Below are positions 1-9,790 of a stretch of 64,000 bases of DNA, one piece after another (within the stretch, counting starts at the first letter, position 1; each line of letters starts with the position of its first letter). Source of the stretch: Dehalococcoidia bacterium (GTDB lineage Bacteria > Chloroflexota > Dehalococcoidia > Plut-88900); contig CBDBLV010000005.1 in assembly GCA_965207225.1 (NCBI GenBank), positions 544,001 to 608,000 on the forward strand. Direction: 5' to 3'. The position numbers and the translations under genes are program-made. Below the pieces are notes generated by a model. That model had not been told where the DNA came from. It saw only the letters and a list, made by a program, of their open reading frames with translations, and made no database searches.

Positions 1-126
1 ATCGTCTGGATCATCATCTTCACCCTCGTCTACCTCCTCGGCGCCAACGACGCCCCAGCCGGTACTGAAGCCTCTGATGGCCACGCCATGTTCTCCCAAC
101 TGGTCTCCCATGTCCCCTTCGTATAG
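1..126 (+). CDS. Cytochrome c oxidase subunit III, 3' end (partial)
   Basis: Frame 1 reads IVWIIIFTLVYLLGA...PFV* (TAG 124-126), matching the COX3 C-terminal helix; subunit IV and CtaG genes follow. Confidence 0.8.
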   Translation: MVWIIIFTLVYLLGANDAPAGTEASDGHAMFSQLVSHVPFV

Positions 127-161
127 GAACGCTGAGTACGCCATAACGTAGAGCCAAGCGA

Positions 162-497
162 ATGCAGGACGACGCCCTCAAAACCGCCGACGCCCCCGCC
201 CACTCCCCCGAGGAGGAAGGCCATCACCCTACCATTCGGGGTTACATTACGATCGCCATCATCCTTGGCATCATCACCCTCATCGAGTTTGGCGTCTTTT
301 ACCTCGAATTCAACAGGCTCCTCTTCATACTCGTCTTCATTGTCCTTTCCGGCGTGAAGTTCGCCATCGTCATCATGTACTACATGCACTTGAAGTTTGA
401 TGACATCCTGTTCTCCCGCCTCTTTTTGGGAGGCTTGGCCCTTGCCGCCGCGGCTCTCTTCGCGCTCCTCGCCCTCTTCCAACTTCTGGGCACTTAG
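162..497 (+). CDS. Cytochrome c oxidase subunit IV family protein
   Basis: Three TM helices with KF.IVIMYYMHLKFD motif; operon context. Confidence 0.85.
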   Translation: MQDDALKTADAPAHSPEEEGHHPTIRGYITIAIILGIITLIEFGVFYLEFNRLLFILVFIVLSGVKFAIVIMYYMHLKFDDILFSRLFLGGLALAAAALFALLALFQLLGT

Positions 498-552
498 GCT
501 ACGCTTTGTAGTGTGCCCTTTGGCCTCCCGCTCTTGACTCCCGAGGTGATTC

Positions 553-1398
553 TTGCCGGTTGAAGTCGATTTCACCCCCGAGTTTTCATGGCTCGACTGG
601 GGCGGCGATATCAGCGTCGTCGCCGCCGTTTTCTTCCTCGAAGTCGTCTACCTCCTCTCCGTCGGCCCCCTCCGACACCGCTTTCCCGGCTCCTCCGATG
701 TCCCCACCCGACGAATAGTCCTCTTCACCGTCGGCCTCTGGTCCATCTTCTTCGCTCTCTACTCCCCCCTCGACCCCCTCTCCGATTACTACCTCTTCAG
801 CGCCCACATGATTCAGCACCTCTTCTTGGTGCTGGTGGGGCCCCCATTGATGCTCCTCGGCACGCCCGGATGGATGCTGAGACCCATCCTTCAGCTTCCC
901 GGAGTCTACCCGGTCGTGAAAGTCCTCACCTTCCCCGTCCTCGCCGCCCTCCTCTTCAACGTCGTCTTTGCCATCTGGCACGTCCCCGCCGTCTACGAAG
1001 CCGGCCTCAACAGCATCACCGTCCACATCATCCAGCACCTCACCTTCATCGCCACCGGAGTCATCATGTGGTGGCCCGTCCTCAGCCCCATGAAAGAGCT
1101 CCCCCGACTCCCCTACGGTGCCCAGGTCCTCTATATGTTCATCCTCTCCATACCCCCGGCTATCGTTGGCGCCCTCATCACCTTCGCCGATGGCACCCTC
1201 TACGAGACCTACGCCAACGCCCCCGAGATCTGGGGTATCTCCACTGCAGCAGACCAGCAGATCGGCGGAGTCATCATGAAGCTCCCGGGCTTCCTTATCT
1301 TCGTTACTGCCGCCGGCATCATCTTCTTCAACTGGGCTGCCAAGGAGGAGGAGAAAGACAGGATCGAAGCCGCCCGGCGCATGAAGGAAATGGGCTAG
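553..1398 (+). CDS. ctaG: Cytochrome c oxidase assembly factor, caa3-type CtaG
   Basis: SPLD...LFSAHMIQH, WHVP.VYE, H..QH, WWP, DQQIGG.IM motifs. Confidence 0.88.
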   Translation: MPVEVDFTPEFSWLDWGGDISVVAAVFFLEVVYLLSVGPLRHRFPGSSDVPTRRIVLFTVGLWSIFFALYSPLDPLSDYYLFSAHMIQHLFLVLVGPPLMLLGTPGWMLRPILQLPGVYPVVKVLTFPVLAALLFNVVFAIWHVPAVYEAGLNSITVHIIQHLTFIATGVIMWWPVLSPMKELPRLPYGAQVLYMFILSIPPAIVGALITFADGTLYETYANAPEIWGISTAADQQIGGVIMKLPGFLIFVTAAGIIFFNWAAKEEEKDRIEAARRMKEMG

Positions 1399-1408
1399 AC
1401 TACCCCGC

Positions 1409-2236
1409 ATGACTCAGGTCACGGACATAGTCTCCGCTTCGGGGACTAGGCCCGTGTTCATGTGCGACTTCTCCCCGCCCCGCAACCCCTCCCCCAACTG
1501 GCCCATCGAGACCTCCGCCCTCGCACCCGACATCTTCAGCGTCCCCTACCTCGCACCCCACCCCACCCGCCCCGACCCCGTTACCGCCTCCCACCTCATC
1601 CATGACCGCACCGGTACCGAGGTCGCCTTCAACCTCGCCACCAGGGACACCAGCAAATCGAAGCTCCTCGAAAAACTCGCCCGCTCGCGAGACCTCGGCC
1701 TCGAAAACCTGGTCGTCCTGCAAGGAGACGCCGACCGCGGGGTCGCTGACTCTGCCGACACCGAACGCTTTACACCCACCGAACTTATCCGAGAGTTGAA
1801 GAGGCCGTGCTGGGATTTCTGTGTAGGCGCCGTCGCCGACCTCTCCAAAGGCGTTGAAAAAGAAACTGAACTCGCCCGACTCAAGATTGACTCCGGTGCC
1901 GACTTCCTCCTCATTCAACCCACCTTCGATTTTGGGGCGGCTGAAGACATCCTATCTCACCTCGGCCCTTCCGTCCCCTTATTCTTTGGCATCCAGGTCC
2001 TCGTTAAGGGCGGCATCTCCTTCACCCCCACCCCCGACTCCCTGAGCCATCGCATTGACTACGAAGGCGCAGGCGTAGAGATAGCCGTCGAGACCATACG
2101 AAAATTCCTCGGACTGGGCATCCGCTGCGTCTACCTAATACCACCCATCTACCCCGGCGGTGCCCGTGACTACCGTATGGCCCGCCAGGTAATGGACTCC
2201 TTCACCCCCCGGCCCACCCCCGACTCCGCTGTATAA
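1409..2236 (+). CDS. Methylenetetrahydrofolate reductase family protein (MetF-like)
   Basis: DFSPPR, NLATRD, NLVVLQGD, KIDSGADFLLIQPTFD motifs. Confidence 0.75.
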   Translation: MTQVTDIVSASGTRPVFMCDFSPPRNPSPNWPIETSALAPDIFSVPYLAPHPTRPDPVTASHLIHDRTGTEVAFNLATRDTSKSKLLEKLARSRDLGLENLVVLQGDADRGVADSADTERFTPTELIRELKRPCWDFCVGAVADLSKGVEKETELARLKIDSGADFLLIQPTFDFGAAEDILSHLGPSVPLFFGIQVLVKGGISFTPTPDSLSHRIDYEGAGVEIAVETIRKFLGLGIRCVYLIPPIYPGGARDYRMARQVMDSFTPRPTPDSAV

Positions 2237-2272
2237 TGCTTACACAGCCGAAACCGCTCAAGGAGGACCATC

Positions 2273-2653
2273 ATGCCCATCGAGAGAGTTAACCCGGACA
2301 ATGTCTACCACCTGAAGGGCCTCAGCGCCACGGTCAAGATTGGCAATACCGTCCACATCTCAGGCCAGATTGCCCTGGATAACGACATGAACACCGTCGG
2401 CGATGATGCTGCCACCCAGCTTAAGCAGATCTACAAGAACCTCGACGACCTTTGCCGTGCCCACGGCGGCAGCCTCGCCAACATGGTCAAGACAATCACC
2501 TACATCACTGACCTTGACCAGTACGCCGCCGTCAGCGCCGCCCGGGAAGAAACCTACGGTGACAACCCTCCCGCCAACTCCACCATCGTTGTCTCCGCCC
2601 TCGCCAGGCCCGAGTGGCTCGTCGAGATCGAAGGCATCGCCTACATCGAATAG
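2273..2653 (+). CDS. RidA/YjgF family protein
   Basis: ISGQIA, V.ALARPEWLVEIEGIA; AAGGAGG RBS. Confidence 0.9.
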   Translation: MPIERVNPDNVYHLKGLSATVKIGNTVHISGQIALDNDMNTVGDDAATQLKQIYKNLDDLCRAHGGSLANMVKTITYITDLDQYAAVSAAREETYGDNPPANSTIVVSALARPEWLVEIEGIAYIE

Positions 2654-2661
2654 GGATCCTC

Positions 2662-3081
2662 ATGCTCTCCGACAACGTCAGGCAGTTCCTGGCCAATAAC
2701 CATAACGCCGTCATCACCACCTACCGCATGAATGGCGCATCTCAAATGAGCATCGTCACCTGCGGCCTCTACGGTGACGGCGTGGCATTCACCGTTTCGG
2801 GGGTCCCGGCCAAACTCGCCAACCTCCGCCGGGACCCGAGGTGTTCAATCCTCGTCTCCCAGCCCGACTGGTGGGGCTACGTCGTTCTCCAGGGCACGGC
2901 CCGGCTCTACTCCCCCGGCCGCACCGCCCCCGAGGAGCTCAGGCAAGTCCTTCGCGACGTCTATGTCGCCGCCGCGGGCCAACAACACCCCGACTGGGAT
3001 GACTACGACCGCGCCGTTGCCGCCGACTCCCGCAGTGCCATCGTCGTAGTCCCTGAGACCGAGTTCATGCAAATCCTCTAG
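2662..3081 (+). CDS. PPOX-class F420-dependent oxidoreductase
   Basis: T.R.NG.SQMS.V and AKLANLRRDPRCSIL split-barrel signature; start trimmed to ATG 2662. Confidence 0.85.
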   Translation: MLSDNVRQFLANNHNAVITTYRMNGASQMSIVTCGLYGDGVAFTVSGVPAKLANLRRDPRCSILVSQPDWWGYVVLQGTARLYSPGRTAPEELRQVLRDVYVAAAGQQHPDWDDYDRAVAADSRSAIVVVPETEFMQIL

Positions 3082-3107
3082 CTTCCTCCAAAGTCCCCTG
3101 TAAATTC

Positions 3108-3137
3108 ACCAGCCCCGAGAACTCTCTCGGGGCTGGT
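3108..3137. terminator. Hairpin between convergent genes (probable bidirectional terminator)
   Basis: ACCAGCCCCGAGA-ACTC-TCTCGGGGCTGGT, perfect 13-bp stem. Confidence 0.7.
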
Positions 3138-3175
3138 TGTATGGACATATTCAGTTGTGATTTTGGGACGACGGA

Positions 3176-3847
3176 CTAGGCCTGCGCCATCTCCGCTTCC
3201 TGCTTCTGGTTCACCAGCGAAATGATGATGTGGATCGCTTCCCGAAGGCTGATCTTCCGGGTGTTGATCACCAGGTCATAGTGCTCCATGTCCTCGAAGT
3301 CGGCCTTAAAATACTTCTTGATGTAGGCCTTGTGGGCCTTGTCCATCTCCTCCACCTTCGCTTCTGCATCCTCACGGGAGATGTGGAAGTAGTCCATGAC
3401 CCTCGGGATGCGCACCTCCAGCGGCGCGTGCAGGAAGATGTGCAGCGAACCCGGGTGGTCCTTCAGCACTAGCTGCGCCCCCCGACTCACCAGCACGACA
3501 CTCTCGCCTTCCGCCAGGTCGTGTATCACCGACTCCAGCGCGTTTGCGTACTTTTCCTCCGTGAGCACGTCGCCCGTCGGCACGTAGTGAGGCCCGAGAT
3601 CGAACGGCGCCACCGGCCCGGCAGAGATCTGCTCGAATGCCCTGCCCAGCTCCTTCGCTATCCGTCCTCTCAGTCCCCACGGCACGTGGTCTATGTCCGC
3701 CACCTCTTCCACGGAGGTGTCCAGGTGACGCGCCACTTCGCTTAGAATCTGTCGGTCCACGTAGCGCACGTTCATCACGCGCGCCACTTCAGGCGCGATT
3801 ATGTACGCGCCGCTTCCAATTAGTCCTCGGATCGTTATAGCCGGCAT
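3176..3847 (-). CDS. Cytidylate kinase-like family protein
   Basis: ITI.G..GSG, V.V.RGAQ.VL, LHIFL.AP...R, YDLVINT motifs. Confidence 0.85.
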   Translation of the reverse strand: MPAITIRGLIGSGAYIIAPEVARVMNVRYVDRQILSEVARHLDTSVEEVADIDHVPWGLRGRIAKELGRAFEQISAGPVAPFDLGPHYVPTGDVLTEEKYANALESVIHDLAEGESVVLVSRGAQLVLKDHPGSLHIFLHAPLEVRIPRVMDYFHISREDAEAKVEEMDKAHKAYIKKYFKADFEDMEHYDLVINTRKISLREAIHIIISLVNQKQEAEMAQA

Positions 3848-3979
3848 CTTACCCTCCTACCCCTGATTTCCTCCAAAGAGTCCCTTTTCTTGGGCTGTGG
3901 GGCCCTCCGCCACCTACACAGGTAGTGTTTCGGCTGGGGGTTATAATTCTATCATACTTCGCGTGGGGAGGTATCCCTT

Positions 3980-4732
3980 CTGGGCTTCCTGGACTTCGTC
4001 CTAAATAGGTTCCGTCGCCCCCCTCCCCCCCCGCCCGAGACCCCCGTACTCAACCGCAACGTCGTAGTCCTTCTAATCTATCCCGACGACCTTGACCGTG
4101 AACCTGTAGGTAGTCCCATTCCCGTTGGGGCGGATACCTACTACATGACTTGGCCCATCAGGATTCCCGACGAACGGCTATTGACCTCAATTTACACCGC
4201 GAGGGCGTGGCTCAACGATGTTCTTGGTATCGAATTACCCTGGTACGCCTTGGAACGCCTCGATTCCCGTTTTTCAATCTCTGAATGGCGTGAGCAGGGT
4301 ATCGAAGCACTGAAACGCGAACTCCTGGAGAGGCACAAGCCCCTAAACAGGGAATACGTCTATCTGGGCCTCGTGAGGGGAATGGGGGGCTACGCGGGCG
4401 GCCTTTCCTACACTGAGTCGACCCCCGGCTACGCCATGCTCGGCGACATCTGCATCGAGGCCCTCTGCTCCTACCCCGCCCCTAACGCCGCCTCCGCCCT
4501 CCTCGGCGACTCCTGGCCCGACAACGCCCGCTCCCGCACCGGCCAGACCGCTGCCCTCCTCCACGAAGTCCTCCACGCCCTCGGCCTCCCCCACCCCGAC
4601 TCTTGGCCTCCCGCCCAGCGCCCCAACTGGTCCGACACCATCATGGGCTACTGGTGGAACATGCCCCGTTTCGCCCGCACCAAGGGCCTCACCGGCAGAG
4701 AAATCGAACGCGTCCTCAAGTGGCTCCACTGA
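3980..4732 (+). CDS. Putative zinc metalloprotease (metzincin-like); probable CTG start at 3980, first ATG at 4145
   Basis: HEVLHALGLPH plus downstream Met-turn TIMGY; frame open upstream to a CTG 7 nt after GGGGAGGT. Confidence 0.65.
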   Translation: MGFLDFVLNRFRRPPPPPPETPVLNRNVVVLLIYPDDLDREPVGSPIPVGADTYYMTWPIRIPDERLLTSIYTARAWLNDVLGIELPWYALERLDSRFSISEWREQGIEALKRELLERHKPLNREYVYLGLVRGMGGYAGGLSYTESTPGYAMLGDICIEALCSYPAPNAASALLGDSWPDNARSRTGQTAALLHEVLHALGLPHPDSWPPAQRPNWSDTIMGYWWNMPRFARTKGLTGREIERVLKWLH

Positions 4733-4770
4733 GAAAATCTAGTGCCTAACCCCCCGACTCCCCTTTTCCC

Positions 4771-5153
4771 ATTCCGAAGCCCCGCGAGGAATCGCAGGCA
4801 CCCTTTCCCTCAACCCATACCGTCATTCCCGACTCCGATCGGGAATCCACCCCCGGGGCTGGGCCGAGGGAAGAAGTACTACCCCCTCTCCCGTCGAGGG
4901 AGAGGGTTGGGGTGAGGGTGAGGGTGAGGGTGATCCCCTCCTCCAGCGCTGGGCTGCAACCACCAGCCAACGCCCATTACACTGTCATTCCGATGCCCCG
5001 CGAGGAATCTGGGGTGGTGTCCTATGTCCTCTCCCTAGTACTGAACTAGAGGGCCACGTGGGTGCGTAGCACCCACGTGGCCCTCTGTTCTTCTCTCCCC
5101 CTCTCCCTTATTGGCCCTAAGGGAGAGGGGGATGAAGGGGGTGAGGGTTCCCC
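4771..5153 (+). repeat. Composite palindromic repeat cluster A
   Basis: ATTCCGA(T/A)GCCCCGCGAGGAATC (4771, 4982); CGTCATTCCC-N10-GGGAATCCA (4821); CCCTCTCCC-N5-GGGAGAGGG...GGGGTGAGGG (4884); two-hairpin element 5037-5153. Confidence 0.85.
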
Positions 5154-5275
5154 CTTCCCCCACCTTAAATGAACTAACGACTCTCCCGACTGCCAAGCCC
5201 GCGCATCGTATGGCGCGCCCCCCACCCCCGACCGTATAATGACCCCGACCCACCAATCCACCCTGGAGGCTTCAC

Positions 5276-5953
5276 TTGATACTCTCTTTCATCGGCGGGA
5301 CCGGCCCCGAGGGTCTCGGCCTCGCTTTCCGTTTCCTCCTCGCTGGCCACGATATCGTCATTGGCTCCCGCTCCGCCGAAAGAGCCTCGGGCGCCGCCGA
5401 TAAACTCACCGAAATGCTGGCCGCCGTCCCCGCTGACAAGATTGGCCCCAACGTCGGCAAGGCCTCCGGCCTGGAAAACGAGCCCGCCGTCGCCGCTGGC
5501 GACGTGGTCATCATCACCGTTCCTTTTTCCGGCCAGGCCGACATCCTCGCCGCCCTCCGCGAAGCCATCGGCGGCAAGCTCGTAGTCGACACCGTCGTTC
5601 CCGTCCTTTTCGCCAAGGGCAAGATCACCGCAATCCCCGTCGACGAGGGTTCAGCAGCCGAGCAGGCCCAGGCCGTCCTGCCCGACGCCACCGTCGTCTC
5701 TGCCTTCCAGAACCTCAGCGCCGAGACCCTCATGGACCACAACGAGACCATCGACTGCTCCGTCGTAGTCTGCGGCGGCAACAAGGAAGCCCGGGCCTCC
5801 GTTATGCAGCTCGCTGAGGACATAGAGGGCATCCACGCCGTCAACGGCGGAGGTCTCGCCAACTCCCGATACGTCGAAGACTTCACCACCCTTATCCTCA
5901 ACATCAACCGCATCTACAAGTCCCACGCATCCGTGAAGATAATCGGCCTCTAG
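5276..5953 (+). CDS. npdG: NADPH-dependent F420 reductase
   Basis: IGGTGPEGLGLA.R, IGSRS.ERA, VVSAFQN.SA, NGG.LANSRYVE; TATAAT 5235-5240 and GGAGG RBS upstream. Confidence 0.9.
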   Translation: MILSFIGGTGPEGLGLAFRFLLAGHDIVIGSRSAERASGAADKLTEMLAAVPADKIGPNVGKASGLENEPAVAAGDVVIITVPFSGQADILAALREAIGGKLVVDTVVPVLFAKGKITAIPVDEGSAAEQAQAVLPDATVVSAFQNLSAETLMDHNETIDCSVVVCGGNKEARASVMQLAEDIEGIHAVNGGGLANSRYVEDFTTLILNINRIYKSHASVKIIGL

Positions 5954-5974
5954 GGCCCTCCCCGGTCGACGAGC

Positions 5975-6730
5975 ATGGTTAGCATGGTTGAGGTCCTCGG
6001 CCTCCCAGGCATCCCCGAGGTCAAGGAAGGTGACGATGTTGCTCGCATTATCTTGAATGCTGCAAAGACCGCAGGCGTCTCCCTTGACCCTGGCGACGTG
6101 GTGGTCGTCAAGCAGAAGATCGTCTCCAAGGCCGAGGGCCGCGTCGTCCCCCTCAACACCATCACCCCCTCCCCCCTCGCCCTTGAAATAGCCCGACGCT
6201 TCGATAAAGACCCCCGCCACGTCGAGGCCGTACTCGGCGAAAGCAGCCGCATCGTCAAGATGGACCAGGGCCTCATTATCTCCGAGACCCGCCACGGCCT
6301 CATCTGTGCCAACGCCGGCGTCGACGCCTCCAACGTCGGTTTGGAAGAGGCCGTAGTCCTACTCCCCCAAGACCCCGACACCTCCGCCCACGCAATACGC
6401 ACCACTCTGGAATCTGAGACCGGAAGCCAACTGGCCGTCATCATCTCCGACAGCATCGGCAGACCGTGGCGTAGAGGCATAATTGACCTTGCTATCGGCA
6501 TCTCGGGCCTCGTTCCCCTCCGGGATTACGTCGGCCAAACGGATGACGACGGCCGTGAGCTAAAGGTCACCGTCGTCGCCGAGGCCGATGAGCTCGCCTC
6601 CGCTGCAGAGCTGGTCACAGGTAAGCTCGAAAGGTGCCCTGTGGCGATCATCAAGGGAAGCGGCGTTCCCCTGGGCGAGGGCCGCGCCGCCGACCTCGTC
6701 ATGGACCCAATTAAAGACCTCTTCCGGTAA
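5975..6730 (+). CDS. cofE: Coenzyme F420-0:L-glutamate ligase
   Basis: KIVSKAEGR, CANAGVDASN, DS.GRPWR.G, ADELASAA, DLFR C-terminus. Confidence 0.95.
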   Translation: MVSMVEVLGLPGIPEVKEGDDVARIILNAAKTAGVSLDPGDVVVVKQKIVSKAEGRVVPLNTITPSPLALEIARRFDKDPRHVEAVLGESSRIVKMDQGLIISETRHGLICANAGVDASNVGLEEAVVLLPQDPDTSAHAIRTTLESETGSQLAVIISDSIGRPWRRGIIDLAIGISGLVPLRDYVGQTDDDGRELKVTVVAEADELASAAELVTGKLERCPVAIIKGSGVPLGEGRAADLVMDPIKDLFR

Positions 6731-6761
6731 CTGATACTTAGTCCGACGAAAGGCAAGTGCA

Positions 6762-7217
6762 ATGGCCCTTCCAACAATGAGCGAACAGGCAATCCGGGAG
6801 TTCCTGGATGGAAAACACGTCGGCGTTCTCGGCGTCAACCGACGCCAGGGCGGCCCTCAGCTCTCACCCGTCTGGTACGCCTACGAAGACGGCTTCATCT
6901 GGATCCCGACAGAGCTAAAGGTTGCGAAGGTTGCCAACATCGCTCGGGACCCAGAGGTCTCCTTCTGCGTCGACGACAAACAACCGCCCCACAAGGGCCT
7001 CGTCATGTACTGCACCGCCGAAATCATCACCGAAGACATCTTCGATAGGCGTCAGGGAATCTTGTCCCGGTATCTCGGTGATGAGGACGGCGCAAAGATC
7101 GCCGCCGAACCCCGACCCTTGGGCATCGCCCTCCTCCGCCTCCAACCCCACCGCACCTACTCCTACGACTACTCCGCCACCGATCAGGGCTATTCGGACC
7201 TGGAGGACTACCGCTAG
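6762..7217 (+). CDS. Pyridoxamine 5'-phosphate oxidase family / PPOX-class F420-dependent protein
   Basis: G.PQLSPVWY, KVANIARDPEVSFCVD. Confidence 0.85.
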   Translation: MALPTMSEQAIREFLDGKHVGVLGVNRRQGGPQLSPVWYAYEDGFIWIPTELKVAKVANIARDPEVSFCVDDKQPPHKGLVMYCTAEIITEDIFDRRQGILSRYLGDEDGAKIAAEPRPLGIALLRLQPHRTYSYDYSATDQGYSDLEDYR

Positions 7218-7226
7218 CCGGTTATC

Positions 7227-7595
7227 CTACTCCCCGATCCGGTCCTTCACGTCGAATCCCAGCTGCCCCAGCCCCGGCACCACGAAGCCCAGCGCTATCC
7301 TGTGCTGCCCCGGCTCCAGTTTGGCGCCCTTTACGTTGATGGTTATCGTCTTGTTCAGCGCTATCGTGAACCGCTTCTCGTCCGACACCTCCGAGAACGC
7401 CGTCTCATCACCCTCCAGGCTGAAGAACGTCTCTTCCATCGGGTACTCCACCCCGTCCAGCGTCACTGGTATCATCCCCTTCGCGTACCCCGACCCCAGG
7501 CTGTTCTTCAACTGGAAGCTCACCCCCGACTCCGTGTTCTGCAGGCTCCCTTTGATATAAAGCCTGCGCAAGAGGAAACCGGGTATCGTTACCAT
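7227..7595 (-). CDS. Hypothetical protein (predicted beta-rich)
   Basis: 122-aa ORF at end of the minus-strand run, host-like codon usage, AAAAGGA RBS-like motif. Confidence 0.7.
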   Translation of the reverse strand: MVTIPGFLLRRLYIKGSLQNTESGVSFQLKNSLGSGYAKGMIPVTLDGVEYPMEETFFSLEGDETAFSEVSDEKRFTIALNKTITINVKGAKLEPGQHRIALGFVVPGLGQLGFDVKDRIGE

Positions 7596-7628
7596 GCCTT
7601 GTCCTTTTCGGAACGGCTTGTAGTCACT

Positions 7629-8288
7629 CTACTCCGCCGTCCCCTGTCTCATCCTGAACATGCTCTTTTCCACCTCCACGATCTCATCCGGCAGCGTCTC
7701 CACCTCCCCAAACCCCCGGGCCAGTATGAATATCTGCGACGCCCTCTCCACCAGTTCACACGCCCTCAGTGCATCCACCATGTCCCGACCCGCCGCCACC
7801 ACCCCGTGGTGGCGAATGAACGCCGCATTCCGCTCTCCCATTGCCTCCACCACCTTCTCGCCCAGGTCCTCCGTGCTCGGAAACCCGTACTCCGCTACCT
7901 CAACCGTTCCGCCCAGGTACGCCACTAGCTCGTCCAGGACCGGAGGCAGCGCCACCCCCGCCACCGCCAGCACGCTCGCGTAGATGGAATGCGTATGAAT
8001 CACCGCCTGGATATCCTGTCGCGCCCTGTACACCGCCACGTGCGTCAACGACTCCGACGATGGCACCGTCTCACCCTCCACCACGTCCACGTCGTAGTCC
8101 ACCACCACTATGTCCTCGGCGGTCATTTTCTCATAGTCCATGCTGGTCGGCGTGATGGCGATCAGCCCCTCCTCCCCTCCCCCCTCCAGCCTCATGCTCA
8201 CGTTCCCGCTAGTCGCCGCGACCAGCCCCAGCCGCAGCAGGTGCTGCGCAGCCTCGACTACAGTCTTCCTCTCCGACTCCCATTTCAT
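7629..8288 (-). CDS. Class II aldolase/adducin family (L-fuculose-1-phosphate aldolase-like)
   Basis: TSGNVS.R, ITPTS, PSSE...H..VY, HTHS, HHG Zn ligands; start trimmed to MKWES. Confidence 0.9.
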   Translation of the reverse strand: MKWESERKTVVEAAQHLLRLGLVAATSGNVSMRLEGGGEEGLIAITPTSMDYEKMTAEDIVVVDYDVDVVEGETVPSSESLTHVAVYRARQDIQAVIHTHSIYASVLAVAGVALPPVLDELVAYLGGTVEVAEYGFPSTEDLGEKVVEAMGERNAAFIRHHGVVAAGRDMVDALRACELVERASQIFILARGFGEVETLPDEIVEVEKSMFRMRQGTAE

Positions 8289-9790
8289 CACATGCTTCCC
8301 GATATCTCGTCTAGTTTTTCGTAAAGCTCCAGCCACCTCTCGTACTCCTCCCCAAGCCCCTCCCCCCGAGCCCCGTCCGGCTGGATCCGCTCCATCTCGC
8401 CCCCCATCCCCTCCGCCGCTTCCGGCAGACTATTGTACGCCCCGACGCCAACCGCCGCGCACATCGCCGCCCCCAGAAGCGTCGCATCCCTCTCCCTCGC
8501 GACCAAGATCTCCCGACCCAGCACGTCCGCCACCAGCTGCCCGAACCCCTTCACCCTCGTCACCCCTCCCCCCAGCCCCACCCGGGAAGCCTCCATTGCG
8601 GACACATCCTCCAATTGCTCGAAGTTCCCCTTGATTGCGAATGCCAGTCCCTTGAGAGTGCCGTTCACCAGCTCCTCCCGCGAAATCGCCGTATGCCCAA
8701 CAGGCGTCGGGAACATCACCCCCCCCATCTGCATCCCCATCTTTTTGGCGTCCATGATTCTCGGCCCCAGGAACGCAAACGACTCGTAATTGCCTCCCAC
8801 GTTGCTGCCCCCCGGTTCAAATGCCACCTGTTCCCTCTCCATCCCCAGCGTTTGCGCCATCCACTCCAACCCCCGACCCGCCTCGGTCGTCGTGCTCTCC
8901 ACCACCCACCTCCCTTCCACCACGTGCCTCCCCACCCACGTTCGCCGCTCCGCATCGACGCACGGCCCCCGGGTCACCATCTGCAGCGGCCCGCTCCACC
9001 CGACAAGTATTCCCATCTCACCCGGCTCCGTTACCCCCATCCCTAACAGCCCCAACTGCGTATCTGGCCCCCCAACAATCACCGGAGTCCCTTCCACCAG
9101 CCCCGTGGCCCTCGCCGCCTCCGGTGTCACCTCGCCCCTCTCATCGCCCGCCCGGCACAACCCCGGCATCAAGCTCGAATCAACGTCTACAAGATTTAGC
9201 AACGACTCAGGCTCCTCGGCATCCGATAAAGGCAAAAGCCCCACTTCCGTCAACGCCGACCCCTCCCCCCTCACCTCCCCCGACAGCCGGTACCCGAGCC
9301 AGTCCCCCAAAGGCAGTACATGGGCAGCCCTTTCAGCAACTTCCGGGGTGTTGGTTCGCAACCACTCCAGCCTTGCCGGTGCAAACAGGAACGACGGAGT
9401 GTGCCCCGTCAGCCTGTACACCTCTTCCCCTACCCGACCGTCTATCTCCATCCCTTCGAAGAACGCCCGCACGTCCCTGTTCGGCCCCGAGTACACCTCC
9501 CCACCCTCCCTATCCAGCAGCACGAATCCTCCCCTCTGGCTGGTCGTGCACACCCCCACCACATCCCCACTCCCCAATCCAGCCTTCTCAAGGCACTCCC
9601 GCACCAGCTCGCAGGCCAGACCCCAGGTCTCCTCCGGGTCAAACTCCACCGCTATATCGGAGAGCTCCCGAGGCGTGAAATACCTCATCGGCCCCCGGGC
9701 CTCCGCCCTCAACTGCCCCTCCAGCGAATACACCCCGCACTTCAGGCTGCTTGTCCCCAGATCCAGCGCCAGGACCGACCCCTCACCCAT
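8288..9790 (-). CDS. FGGY family carbohydrate kinase
   Basis: LALDLGTSS.K, TSQR, GGPDTQ, GGG..R, GAAMCAAVGVG. Confidence 0.9.
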   Translation of the reverse strand: MGEGSVLALDLGTSSLKCGVYSLEGQLRAEARGPMRYFTPRELSDIAVEFDPEETWGLACELVRECLEKAGLGSGDVVGVCTTSQRGGFVLLDREGGEVYSGPNRDVRAFFEGMEIDGRVGEEVYRLTGHTPSFLFAPARLEWLRTNTPEVAERAAHVLPLGDWLGYRLSGEVRGEGSALTEVGLLPLSDAEEPESLLNLVDVDSSLMPGLCRAGDERGEVTPEAARATGLVEGTPVIVGGPDTQLGLLGMGVTEPGEMGILVGWSGPLQMVTRGPCVDAERRTWVGRHVVEGRWVVESTTTEAGRGLEWMAQTLGMEREQVAFEPGGSNVGGNYESFAFLGPRIMDAKKMGMQMGGVMFPTPVGHTAISREELVNGTLKGLAFAIKGNFEQLEDVSAMEASRVGLGGGVTRVKGFGQLVADVLGREILVARERDATLLGAAMCAAVGVGAYNSLPEAAEGMGGEMERIQPDGARGEGLGEEYERWLELYEKLDEISGSM

